Assembly (NCBI RefSeq): GCF_001194135.2
Contig: NC_069005.1
Coordinates: 34,087,142-34,151,141, forward strand
DNA from: Octopus bimaculoides
Taxonomy: Eukaryota
Length of the DNA stretch: 64,000 nucleotides
Direction: 5' to 3'
This document shows positions 12,251 to 24,339 of this stretch, one piece after another. The notes beneath the pieces are model-generated. The model did no database searches, was not told the DNA's origin, and worked only from the letters and a program-made list of their open reading frames with translations. Position 1 is the stretch's first letter. Every line of letters starts with the position of its first letter. The translations under genes were made by a program, and so were the position numbers.

Positions 12251-12465
12251 CCTTTCTACGAAAGGCACAAAGCCTGAAATAGTGGGGAAGGGAGCTAGTC
12301 GATTACATCGACCCCAGTACGCAACTGGTACTTAATTTATCGACTCCGAAAGGATGAAAGGCAAAGTCGCCCTCGGTTGGAATTTGAAATCAGAAAGTGG
12401 CGACGGGCGAAATACCGCTAAGCATTTTGTCCAACGTGCTAACGGTTCTGCCACCTCGCCGCCTT
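12251..12465 (-). mobile_element. SINE family B, near full length
   Basis: The reverse complement starts AAGGCGGCGAGGTGGCAGAACCGTTAGCACG (A box) and contains TTTCAAATTCC (B-box-like). (AAT)n lies on both flanks. Confidence 0.92.
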
Positions 12466-12504
12466 GAGAATAATAATAATAATAATAATAATAATAGTAG
12501 TAGC

Positions 12505-12541
<37 letters not shown>

Positions 12542-12837
12542 ACATTAATGGAAAACAAACCATCACCACCACTGGCGTTACATCCATCATAGCCACCACT
12601 CCCGCCACCGCTGCTGGCACAAACGCCTCTCCCCCCCCCACCACCACCCGTATATACTTCTCTATAAATGCCTCCATATTTATACGTGTCTACGAGTATG
12701 TTTGCTATCGCTTACGTATGTAAGACAATAAACATGTATCTACACACAAAGGTATGTGATTGTGCACACGTTGCATAATGTGCTTATATGAATGTACGTT
12801 TGTATTTGGTTATATGCTATATATGTATATACATATA

Positions 12838-12882
<45 letters not shown>

Positions 12883-13351
12883 GTGTGTGTATATCTGCTG
12901 TGTGTATATATGTTATCTCTCTGTATGTTATGTGTTTGATTATAAAGTAATGAGATTTGTGTTGAAATCTTGTGTTTATAGATGTTTGTCTATATTTGAT
13001 GGGACTGTTATATGTGAATGTGAAAACTTCGTGGACGTGGGTGGTGTGTGTGTGCGTACCTGTATGTATATATATGCATGCATGTGTGTGTATGTAGGGG
13101 TGGTGTTCGTGCGTGCTTTCATCTACTCCCACGGCTCCTGCCACTACTGACAATCATAAGAGGCAAGCACTCGCCATCATCACCGCTACCGCCCCCACCT
13201 CCGACCTCTGACACCATCGCTTTCTACGACCAACGCAACAGAACAGTTATCGACATTATCATCACCACCCACATCGCAACCAACCCTCACCAGGCCTGGT
13301 GGTGGTGATGATGGTGATTGTGGTGGAAATTCTGGTGTGTTTCGATCGGTT

Positions 13352-13383
<32 letters not shown>

Positions 13384-14580
13384 NNNNNNNNNNNNNNNNN
13401 NNNNNNNNNNNNNNNNNNNNNNNNNNNNNNNNNNNNNNNNNNNNNNNNNNNNNNNNNNNNNNNNNNNNNNNNNNNNNNNNNNNNNNNNNNNNNNNNNNNN
13501 NNNNNNNNNNNNNNNNNNNNNNNNNNNNNNNNNNNNNNNNNNNNNNNNNNNNNNNNNNNNNNNNNNNNNNNNNNNNNNNNNNNNNNNNNNNNNNNNNNNN
13601 NNNNNNNNNNNNNNNNNNNNNNNNNNNNNNNNNNNNNNNNNNNNNNNNNNNNNNNNNNNNNNNNNNNNNNNNNNNNNNNNNNNNNNNNNNNNNNNNNNNN
13701 NNNNNNNNNNNNNNNNNNNNNNNNNNNNNNNNNNNNNNNNNNNNNNNNNNNNNNNNNNNNNNNNNNNNNNNNNNNNNNNNNNNNNNNNNNNNNNNNNNNN
13801 NNNNNNNNNNNNNNNNNNNNNNNNNNNNNNNNNNNNNNNNNNNNNNNNNNNNNNNNNNNNNNNNNNNNNNNNNNNNNNNNNNNNNNNNNNNNNNNNNNNN
13901 NNNNNNNNNNNNNNNNNNNNNNNNNNNNNNNNNNNNNNNNNNNNNNNNNNNNNNNNNNNNNNNNNNNNNNNNNNNNNNNNNNNNNNNNNNNNNNNNNNNN
14001 NNNNNNNNNNNNNNNNNNNNNNNNNNNNNNNNNNNNNNNNNNNNNNNNNNNNNNNNNNNNNNNNNNNNNNNNNNNNNNNNNNNNNNNNNNNNNNNNNNNN
14101 NNNNNNNNNNNNNNNNNNNNNNNNNNNNNNNNNNNNNNNNNNNNNNNNNNNNNNNNNNNNNNNNNNNNNNNNNNNNNNNNNNNNNNNNNNNNNNNNNNNN
14201 NNNNNNNNNNNNNNNNNNNNNNNNNNNNNNNNNNNNNNNNNNNNNNNNNNNNNNNNNNNNNNNNNNNNNNNNNNNNNNNNNNNNNNNNNNNNNNNNNNNN
14301 NNNNNNNNNNNNNNNNNNNNNNNNNNNNNNNNNNNNNNCGTACATTGAGAAATCTCGCTATATACACACTGTTATAGACACACATACACATGCGTGTGTA
14401 CATCCCTGTATACACAAGTAGGTATGTGTGTGTGCATGTGTGAGTAACTATGCATATATGCGTATATACATATATACACAGATATTCGTATGGTTGTACA
14501 TCTATGCGTGTGTTTGTATGTTGTGCGTGTATGCATACCCGTACAGTGTAAATATATATACATATGATATATATATATGC

Positions 14581-14621
<41 letters not shown>

Positions 14622-15484
14622 AGTATGTGTGGATACACAGATTTATACGTATGTATGTATATATGTGCAGATGTAGTGCATGCATATATATATATATCCT
14701 GTGTGTGTGTATATATGTTTATGTATGTATGTATGTTGTAAGCCTGCATACATGCGTGTATATGTATAGGTGTGTATAGGTGTGTGTACATGTGTATCAA
14801 CGCGCCAGTTTAATTTAAGTATTCCGTGTATAAGAAAAAATACATTTATAGAGTCTTTCCTCTGATAATGTCAGAAATATTTTGATTAATTCGTTAAAAA
14901 ACCTATTTCACACGGTGAAAGCCCAAGAGAATCTGATTGAATGACGTTAACAAGGCGCCGTACTAGAGTGTTGTCTTACTTTAAAATATTGATAACATTC
15001 GCAATATTTAAACGTAATTTGTTGATTTACTTCTTATATAGTATTTCTCTTTGTCTTTTAAATTTTATTTTGTTTTATATTTATAATCACGTGTTATTGG
15101 TTATTCAAGAAACGGAGATGATTTATATATCAATTAGAGCTTATTTAAAGTTTTAATCTGTTAACGGATGTGTGTAATATTACATTGTATAATGTAGCGG
15201 AAGGGCAGCCATTTTGGTGAACGGTGGAATGTTTCATTTTATCAAAATGTCGTCACTGTTTTTGACCACTGATCGTTAGACCACATTTGTCTGTCTATGT
15301 TCACCTAGGTACAGTTGTTGTGGGATACATCTGAAACATTGTAGACTAAGATGGCTGTGAGACATTGACATGCACTTAATGACTTGCGGTGCAGTATTCG
15401 TCTCCCAGTTACGATCACATGTTACTCTGTGTTGATGCTCCTCCGAAATATAATGTGTCAACGAATGAACCTTTGCCTGGTCTC

Positions 15485-15530
15485 TCGAACTGCTAAAAAC
15501 AGATCTCCCTCAAACATGCACCACCGTCCT
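15485..15530 (+). mobile_element. Family D 5' fragment
   Basis: CTGCTAAAAACAGATCTCCCTCAAACATGCACC resembles 18508-18533 and 29056-29091. Confidence 0.45.
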
Positions 15531-15559
15531 TAATAATAACCGCCATATTGGATAGTTAT

Positions 15560-15760
15560 GCTTTTCATTTACTTTTCTTTTACATCCTTCAGTCACAGAA
15601 GGTTGAGGCCATTCCTGGACACCACCTTGAAGAATTTTTAGTCAAATGATTCGATCAAAGTACTTCTCTTTTAAGCCTGGCACTTATTCCATCGGTCTCT
15701 TTCGCCGAACCGCTAAGTTACTGGGATGCAAACACACTAACATCGGTTGTCAAGTGGCTG
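15560..15760 (-). mobile_element. SINE family A, 3' half
   Basis: TTATTCCATCGGTCTCTTTCGCCGAACCGCTAAGTTAC...CATCGGTTGTCAAG is the reverse complement of the body at 49893-50072. Confidence 0.85.
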
Positions 15761-16342
15761 CATTTCATTTTGCCTTGTTACGGCCTTAACAAGATTCTAA
15801 TTAAATAACAGACAAGACTTCACCCAAACTTTATTCTAAGCTTATTAAATAATTTTGCCAGCACATTATCTGTCAAATAATTCAACCATTTCTTTTAGAC
15901 TTTACCATTTCTTAGTGCCTTCCAGACGTCCATTTTTTTGTAGCATTTCCTAGCTACTTCTTGGATTTGATTTTGTCTTTTGCGATTCATCATTGGTTGA
16001 GTTCGTTGTTTTAAAGTATCTCGTCTGTGGCGATTCCGTCGCAGACCAAGTTCCTCCAAAGAATTCTTCAACTTTTTCTTTATGTTTGTGTTGCATTGAT
16101 TTCTATTTTACTTTCGCTTAGTTCCAGATAAAATCGTCTGGGGCTTGTTTTGTACAAAGAATCACTGACGCTTTTCATAACAACAGATTCTTTGTGATTT
16201 GGGCGAGAATATCTTATTTCAGGCGTTCTTTGATTTCGGATACGACTTCACTTTTTGGTTCCATTATATTTCTCTACTATACCTCTTTCTTTCCTTCTTC
16301 CTTTCTTTTTTCTTTTTCATTTCTTTCTTTCTTTCTTCCTTC

Positions 16343-16385
<43 letters not shown>

Positions 16386-16551
16386 ATTTGTATATTTTTC
16401 GTTATCGATTTCGTTAAAGATCGACGTATCTTTTCGATCTTTTATTTTCTGGGTTTTTGCAGACCAAATTCTTTGGTTTGCTTTTCGTTTTTGTTCTTGT
16501 TTCAATAATCCTGCTAGAGTAAATGTGAAAGAGTAACCAATTTTCTTTGTA

Positions 16552-16563
16552 ACTACTACTACC

Positions 16564-16639
<76 letters not shown>

Positions 16640-17564
16640 GTTTTTTCTTCTTTCGATTTTGCTTCCATTTCTTGCTGAGTGCCTTCCCGACTCCTAAGGC
16701 CACGAAATTCACTCTATACATTGGTAGGCCATGAAGTTAAACGCACCAGGTTCTTCATTTTCAAAATGAAATGAATTTACGTGAACAAAAAATTAAAATT
16801 CATAGGCGGAATTCGTTCTCACATCGACAATGCTCGTCTCAATACGTGTCACGGACCAGTTAAAACAATCTTTTGTACTTCTTGCGGGGATAATAAGCCG
16901 AAATTCATTCTCAAATGATTTTCAGTTTTTTTTTTATCATTCTAAGTGCTCCTACAATCACTGGTATTGTAACCGTCTTTAGATGCAACATTCTATCAGT
17001 TTCAATGAGCAAATCTTTATATTTTCTAAGCTCGTTAAATTCTTTTGCAGAGATATAATGAATACTCATATCGATCCATTAACAAACTCCATTGTTTCAA
17101 AATAATATCCGGTTTGTTAGCTTTGAGGATTCGGTCTGTAAGTACTGAGAAGTCCCAAACAATCATTACATTTTCTCTCTCAGTTACAAGCAAATCACGT
17201 CTGCCTTTGAGTGGTGCCTATTTTCTGTCAATTTCCTTTTCTTCACTGATATTCTAGTTCAACACATTGAATCTAAAAGTGACAACTCGAACAGCTCAGG
17301 AATTCATGGCTAACACCTTGTTATGTGTATTTAGCTCAGATTGCAGAACCGCTCAAACTCTCTTATAGCAGTCTTTCCTAATCTTCTCTTTCATGCTTGC
17401 ATGCTAAATGCCAAAGTTATCATTTATTCCTTGGTATTTGTAGGTTGGTTACTTCTATTATAACTGCGCCAATACCATTACATGACTGAATTTATGGTCT
17501 TCAATTTCCCTTTCTGTAACGTGGGCTTGGTACACTTATCATGACCAAACTCCATCTCGATCTC
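16552..17564 (-). mobile_element. R4/Dong-clade non-LTR retrotransposon, 5'-truncated and internally deleted: RT end, thumb, RLE, 3' UTR and (AGT)n tail
   Basis: Minus-strand translations: EIEMEFGHDKCTKPTLQKGKLK; YKYQGINDNFGI*HASMKEKIRKDCYKRV*AVLQSELNTHNKVLAMNS*AVRVVTFRFNVLN*NISEEKEIDRK; HHSKADV; VWDFSVLTDRILKANKPDIILK; AKEFNELRKYKDLLIETDRMLHLKTVTIPVIVGALRMIKK; QEVQKIVLTGP*HVLRRALSM* (stop 16819-16821). Multiple stops and frameshifts. Confidence 0.93.
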
Positions 17565-17567
17565 ATC

Positions 17568-17568
17568 A

Positions 17569-17652
<84 letters not shown>
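17568..17652. repeat. (ATT)n array between the R4 5' junction and a SINE B head
   Basis: Read directly from the sequence. Confidence 0.95.
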
Positions 17653-17655
<3 letters not shown>

Positions 17656-17844
17656 GGCGGCGGGCTGGCAGACTTAGCGGTATTTTGCCTGTCGCTACGT
17701 TCTTAGTTCAAATTCCGCCGAGGTCGACTTTGCCTTTCATTGCTTCGGGCTGATTAAATAAGTACCAGTTACGCACTGGGGTCGAAGTAATCGAATGAAT
17801 CCTCTCCCCCATGTTGACGTTGTGGCAAAAATTTGAAATCATTC
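17653..17844 (+). mobile_element. SINE family B with a deletion after the A box
   Basis: TAAGGCGGCGGGCTGGCAGA, then CTTAGCGGTATTT...GTTCAAATTCCGCCGAGGTCGACTTTGCCTTTCAT...AAGTACCAGTTACGCACTGGGGTCGA. Confidence 0.92.
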
Positions 17845-18504
17845 TTCTTCTTCTTCTTCCTTTCATTATCGATGCTGAGAGAGCCGAGGGACATTCCACG
17901 TGCGTACTCCATGCTTCTCATCGTTTTAAATGTCAGCTGACAATTTGTCAATCACGTGATCCAACTATTAACTATGATGTGGTTTTTATTTTTGCTTTAA
18001 TTTTTTTCTTTTCACATATATTTTCCTTTCTCAAACGGAAATCCAAAACATCACCTTTTATTTTTATTTCTTTTTTCTTACATTAATTTTGCGAATATTT
18101 CAATATATTTTGGAATATATTATCCTATATTTTGCTGACGCTGACACTGCGTGGAGAAAGCAGTTTGAATATAAATTTGTAAACGTTAATGTCATACGCA
18201 GCCACTGATATAAATGTGAAAATGTGTGAAACCAGCGGTCACCATAACAACAACCATACTTCAAACCTAATACATCAACGTCAATACCATAGATACAAAC
18301 ATGGCGTCTACTAGCAGCTTAACCTGTGAATAATGTGGAATGTGCCACGTAGAGGGGAGAGGTAAAATGATATGCTAGAAATAGTGCACAAATCGCCCAC
18401 AAATCAAAAATCAACCGTTTTCAACAATGAATGGCATTTCTCTTGACGCTCAACTGTTCTTATGGAGCCAGGACAATGAAGACGTTACGGAGTCACTCGA
18501 CATG

Positions 18505-18580
18505 GCCTGGAAATAGTAGCCAAATCTCCCTCAATCAAATTTTGTTTTAACATCGCAGGCATAATGGCTGGAATGAAATC
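18505..18580 (+). mobile_element. Decayed family D fragment
   Basis: GGAAATAGTAGCCAAATCTCCCTCAA and ATGGCTGGAATG match the family D head and tail motifs (compare 29056). Confidence 0.5.
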
Positions 18581-18729
18581 AAATCTTCTCCACATAGAAC
18601 AAACCACAGAAAAATTCCGAGAAGCAATGTCGGTAGAAGTAAATATATATTGGACTTGTTTAAATAAACACACACACACACATTCACAGACACACACACC
18701 CTTTCCCGTTTTAATATACACTACTAATA

Positions 18730-18732
18730 TTT

Positions 18733-18805
<73 letters not shown>
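18730..18805. repeat. (ACT)n-(GCT)n compound microsatellite
   Basis: Read directly from the sequence. Confidence 0.95.
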
Positions 18806-18806
<1 letters not shown>

Positions 18807-19754
18807 CAAATAAAAATCAAATAAAATTAAGTCGAAATGAAAACTGAATTTCAAGATACTTCAGATTTGTTCACCTTAAAACTAATGTCGTTGTTGTTGT
18901 TGTTGTTGCTACTACTGCTGCTGTTGTTACTGGTCTTGCTGTAACTGCTGGGCCCTTTCTATCTGTCTGTCTGTCTCTCTTTAATCTTTAGTCTGTCTCC
19001 CAATAATCTTGTATTAATCTCTCTCCCTCTATCTCCTTCTTTCTCTATGTCTCTCTCTCTTTGATTCTCTACCTCTCACCCTGTCTCTCCCTCTCTCCCC
19101 TTCTCTCTCCCCTTTCTCCCTCCCTCTCTCCCTCCCTCTCTCCTCCTCCTCCACCCTCCCCCTCTCTATTAATGTCCCCTTAATATATATATCAATGACA
19201 GTCGCTTACTGAAACACAAGACATCTCAGTTCTAAGGTTTCATCTTTCGCATGAAACAAAAAGGAAGAATTCCCAGGTAACAGGAAATGGATAATGGCGT
19301 GGATGGGTGAGGGTGCCGATGGTATTGACGATGGAGAGTAGTGTTATTGGCCATTGGAGCTACAGGTAATGGTGGTGGTTGTAGTGGTGATGATAGTGGT
19401 GGTGTTGGTGTTGGTGTTGCTGCTGCTGTCGTTAACGTTGGTGGAGGGGCGTGGTGGTATAGCGATAGCAGTGTCGACAGCGNNNNNNNNNNNNNNNNNN
19501 NNNNNNNNNNNNNNNNNNNNNNNNNNNNNNNNNNNNNNNNNNNNNNNNNNNNNNNNNNNNNNNNNNNNNNNNNNNNNNNNNNNNNNNNNNNNNNNNNNNN
19601 NNNNNNNNNNNNNNNNNNNNNNNNNNNNNNNNNNNGCGGCGGTGGTGGTGGTGGTGGTGGTGGTGGTGATGGTGGTAGTGGTGGTGGTGGTAATGTAGCA
19701 GAAGTATTTGTTGGTATTTCACTAGACGCAGTATGTCCGAATCGCAAAGACCAA

Positions 19755-19880
19755 TTTTCCCGGTTCGATCCCATTGCACTTCCTTTTGGGCAAATGTTAT
19801 TTTCAATATCTGCGCAACAACCCGTATCTTGCAAGTGAAATCGGGTAAACATTGCTTGCATTGACACCCACTGAATGAAA
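19755..19880 (+). mobile_element. Old, diverged SINE family A-like head
   Basis: CCCGGTTCGATCCCATTGCACTTCCTTTTGGGCAAATGT contains a B box and aligns to CCGGGTTCAGTCCCACTGCGTGGCACCTTGGGCAAGTGT. Confidence 0.5.
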
Positions 19881-20639
19881 TGTACCCGTAATTCAAAATG
19901 TAGGGCCTTGTCACGCATTCTGTCTCATCGATTGTGTGTATGTATGTATATATATATATATAAACGCATGTGAGATTAGAAAAGAGTACTCAATACAGGG
20001 GTTAGATTTTAAATATTTCTTGCAGTAATATGGCTATTCTTTCCTTCTCTCTTTCTTCCTCCCTCCCGCTCTCTCTCTCTTTCTCTTTCTCTTTCTCTTT
20101 CTCCTTTTCTCTCTCTGCTTTAATACTCAGTGTTTCGAGGGTTAAGTGAACAATGGCACTCACAAAATATTAAGAAGTAATCTTAGCTCTACAACACACA
20201 GACACACTTACACACACACACTTACACGCACATTCACACACACACACACTCACACACATACACTTACACACACACTCATACATACACACACGCTTACATA
20301 CATATACTCGCACATGCATAAACACACACTTACACGCACACGTACGCACGCACTCACACAGACACACACACACAAACACGTATACACGCACTCCTGTGCA
20401 TTAGTACCCGATCCACACTCTAATTCCCGGTCTATTATTGGCTGTAATAGAGCTGTTTCCATCTCTTTTCCCCCGACCTCTCAATTCCTGTTTATGGAAC
20501 CAATAGATTTCCTAATAACATCATTTTCCAACGCTCTGCACTCTGCTCATTACATCTTATATGCAATATGCAATGTAGTCTCGATCATGTCTTCGCAGCA
20601 CACTTTTATCCCTCTATCCTTCTCCCCCCTCTATCTTTC

Positions 20640-20706
<67 letters not shown>

Positions 20707-22887
20707 NNNNNNNNNNNNNNNNNNNNNNNNNNNNNNNNNNNNNNNNNNNNNNNNNNNNNNNNNNNNNNNNNNNNNNNNNNNNNNNNNNNNNNNNNNNNNN
20801 NNNNNNNNNNNNNNNNNNNNNNNNNNNNNNNNNNNNNNNNNNNNNNNNNNNNNNNNNNNNNNNNNNNNNNNNNNNNNNNNNNNNNNNNNNNNNNNNNNNN
20901 NNNNNNNNNNNNNNNNNNNNNNNNNNNNNNNNNNNNNNNNNNNNNNNNNNNNNNNNNNNNNNNNNNNNNNNNNNNNNNNNNNNNNNNNNNNNNNNNNNNN
21001 NNNNNNNNNNNNNNNNNNNNNNNNNNNNNNNNNNNNNNNNNNNNNNNNNNNNNNNNNNNNNNNNNNNNNNNNNNNNNNNNNNNNNNNNNNNNNNNNNNNN
21101 NNNNNNNNNNNNNNNNNNNNNNNNNNCTCTCTCTCTCTCTCTCTCTCTCACTATATATAGATACATACACACACACACACATACAAAAATGTATGTATAT
21201 AGATACATACATGCATATATCGTGATATGCATGCATCAAGATGTAATAATTTGCATCCTGAGTTTATCTTTATCTACGCAATAAATCATTTGTAACTCCC
21301 TCCATCTCTCCCCCCTCTCTTTCTCTGTTTATCTCCATAATTATATGTGTGCGTGTGTGTAAGTGTACATTTATGTATGTATGTATGTATGTATATATGT
21401 ATATATGTATGTATGTATTACGTACATGTGTGTGTATGTGTGTGGAAACGTGAGTGTATGTGTATATGTGTGTTGTAAAAAAGCTATGTATCACATATTC
21501 ACGTCACTTCGGCATTATGTATCTTGTCAGATAATGTGAGGTAACTTTTATGGTTTCACTTTTATGTATTAAAACATTACAATAAATATAACAATTTATT
21601 TAGAAAATATAAACCCGTGATAATGCAGTGGCTATATTTTGAAGACTTAAAAGCTGGTTATTATTGCAATGGGAAGGTGTATGTGCTTGGGAGGAATATG
21701 TGCAGATATGCACGTGTGTGTGTATGTGTGTTTAAATAGTCGGATAACGTTTAACATGTAAAGTGCCTTAGTGGTAAGTATTTCGATGTGATTTATATAA
21801 TGGAATAGTTGTAGCAAAAATATTAACCTATTGTCTACCTCTTTTCATACAATTAATGTGAATAGGTCCGAAAGAATTAAATTTAAGATGAGATAACTCT
21901 AACTCTATTGTCATGTTTAACTTGCCAGATACTTCTAAAAATGAAAACAAAGTGTTTTATCGATATTTCAACATACATTTGGTGCGGTACTATAATGGTA
22001 TTTAATTTATATTTGCAGAGACGAAGAAATTAGCCGCGTTATTACATTTTCTGGAAGGCGCAAACTATTATTGTAGATTGAGTTATTAGTTTTGAAAACC
22101 CAACTAAATGACGCTAGGCCAGTAGCGAATCGCCTTTGTAGTTTTCTAAACATATGATTATGTGATACCATCAAATTTTAAATTTGACGTCTAGTTAATC
22201 CTATGCCGTTCTAAATACTGTTACAAGTGACACTGGCTGCATAGGTAACATATATTTCCAGACAGTTGTCGTTCGCTGGGTAAACATTTTGTAAACGACA
22301 GTTATAATTTGAATGTCACTTGTATTTTGGAGTATTTATATAACTTGGGGTATTTGTAATTTGATGTGTTTATTATTCCTTTCATTATTAATGGATGATA
22401 ATGTGTTGACGTTGAGTGGCTTTTTGTGAGTAAATTTGGGTTAAAGATGTCTCCATGATGGAATATAACAATTGCGCAGAAGGGGATTTGCCATAAAAAT
22501 ATCATTTCCGATATTTGCATATTTTTTCCGATAATTGCATATATAAGTAAATGCACGATAAATTTGAAACCATATTTCAATCTTTTCTTTTTTAAAAAAT
22601 TTTACCCATTAATTACCATTAGGAAGTTTAAAAACAGACACGCAGGCGCGAGTATAAATATACTTACACGCCATTATGATACAATACCCGCAAACAATGC
22701 ACAGCTCACAATAATCTCTAACGTTTTAAAATTTGAAACCTATTCACAAAATTATTGATCGATTATTTTTTAAATAATAAATTATGATCTCTTCCAGAAT
22801 AAAGATGGAGTGTCACAGCTTACACCAAGTTTCCTAACGAGTCAAATGATGGCGAAACTTAAATGTGCATTGTGAAGGTGAATCATC

Positions 22888-22919
<32 letters not shown>

Positions 22920-22929
22920 NNNNNNNNNN

Positions 22930-23088
22930 GGCTTCTTTCAGTTTCCGTCTACCAAATCTACTCACAAGGCATTGGTTGGCACGAGGCTATAGTAGAAGAC
23001 ACTTGCCCAAGGTGCCACGCAGTGAGAATGAACCTGGAACCACGTGGTTGTTAAGCAAGCTACTTACCACACAGCCACTCCTGCGCCT
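22930..23088 (-). mobile_element. SINE family A, 5' half
   Basis: The reverse complement begins AGGCGCAGGAGTGGCTGTGTGGTAAG and ends GTAGACGGAAACTGAAAGAAGCC. Confidence 0.93.
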
Positions 23089-23797
23089 ATATATATATAT
23101 ATATATACATACACACACAGACTTTCGCTTTTTCTTTGTACACAAGCTAATAGAGTTTGAGAGAATTACGGAGCAGGAAGAGGCGGGTGATTGTAAAGAG
23201 AGAAGTGTGAGGAACATAAACGTAGCAATGAAGGAAAAGGATCTGAGAGATGAGTGTTCTGCAAGAGTGAAGGGAAGAGTAAAGAGATAGGAAGGAAAAG
23301 AAGACGAAACCAAGAAAGAGAAGAATAACATGAATGAAGCGGGTTTGGTGTGGTAAGAAGCAGGATGGAAGGAACTGATGAGGTAGAAAATTTCTTTTAA
23401 AGACTTTCAGACTTTCTAGAAATGACGGGAGTTTGATTTCAATTTAATCAATGGTATTGTTTGGTTGTAAACTATTTGGGAAGTGGCAGAGAGAGAGAGA
23501 GAGAGAGGAAAGTGATAGGTTTTAACTGTTCTGTCGGCGTTTAACTGATGATCTTTGATGTTTTTGTGTTGAAACCTCTCTGGGATCAACACCATTCTGA
23601 TACCAACAGAAAGACTGCCAGTTACTTAACACGAAGCTACATGAAGAAGAGCGGCCAACCAATAAAATATGCCCTCTTTCTGAAATCTTTGATTAGTATC
23701 AGTATTATTATTATTTCTCTTCATCACCGGTTTTGTTGGAGCTCCTGGAGTATATTATTATTATTATTGTTGTTGTTGTTGTTGTTGTTATTGTTGT

Positions 23798-23900
23798 TAA
23801 GGCGGCGAGCCGGCAGAATCGTTAGCACGCTGGATGACATGCTCAGCGGTATTTCCTCTGCCGCTTCGTTCAGAGTTCAAATACTGCCGAGGTTGACTTA
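23798..23900 (+). mobile_element. SINE family B, 3'-truncated
   Basis: TAAGGCGGCGAGCCGGCAGAATCGTTAGCACG...GAGTTCAAATACTGCCGAGGTTGACTT, preceded by (TTA)/(TTG)n. Confidence 0.9.
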
Positions 23901-23985
23901 TTTTTCGAGCACCTTCCGGAGTATTTGAGCGGTTCTAAGCAATGCTGTTTTCTGTAAGTCCTCCACACCATTATTCCAGCCCTTA
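23898..23985 (-). mobile_element. R4/Dong extreme C-terminal fragment
   Basis: The minus strand reads KGWNNGVEDLQKTALLRTAQILRKVLEK* (stop 23898-23900), the R4 terminal motif LQK.ALLGTA.ILRKVL. Confidence 0.8.
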
Positions 23986-24049
23986 TAATTAACATAATTA
24001 TACCCACATAAATCCTGATAGAACCTTACGTATCCACAAGTTTTCAGAA

Positions 24050-24232
24050 GTCTTTCCAATGCTTAGGACCCTCCTGATAATCGTTGCTGTCCTTAAGAGA
24101 CAAACTTTTTGTAGGAACTCCACGGGACATTCTATCCCAATCTCTTTCAGTCATTTGCCTTCATCTTGCTTTACTGTTCCCAAAGCACCAATTATTATAG
24201 CCACAGCCTTTACTGTTCGCATTCTCCAAATT
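24050..24232 (-). mobile_element. R4/Dong RLE C-terminal fragment
   Basis: The minus strand reads IWRMRTVKAVAIIIGALGTVKQDEGK*LKEIGIECPVEFLQKVCLLRTATIIRRVLS. The 5' junction abuts (AAT)n. Confidence 0.87.
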
Positions 24233-24339
24233 CTATTATTATTATTATTATCATTAAGTAGCGAATAGTCGTCGTCGTTAGAGCGTTGGTCGGATCAAAT
24301 GATGGATGATATCTGTTCTAGCTTTCGATATGAACTAAG

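Noticed and set aside
17931-17942. 12-bp palindrome TGTCAGCTGACA, and an 8-bp-stem hairpin near 10153-10172
   Set aside because: Expected by chance at this window size, with no supporting context.
18559-18645. Apparent plus-strand exon IMAGMKSNLLHIEQTTEKFREAMS after a tcgcag acceptor
   Set aside because: It overlaps a decayed family D repeat and the donors are weak.
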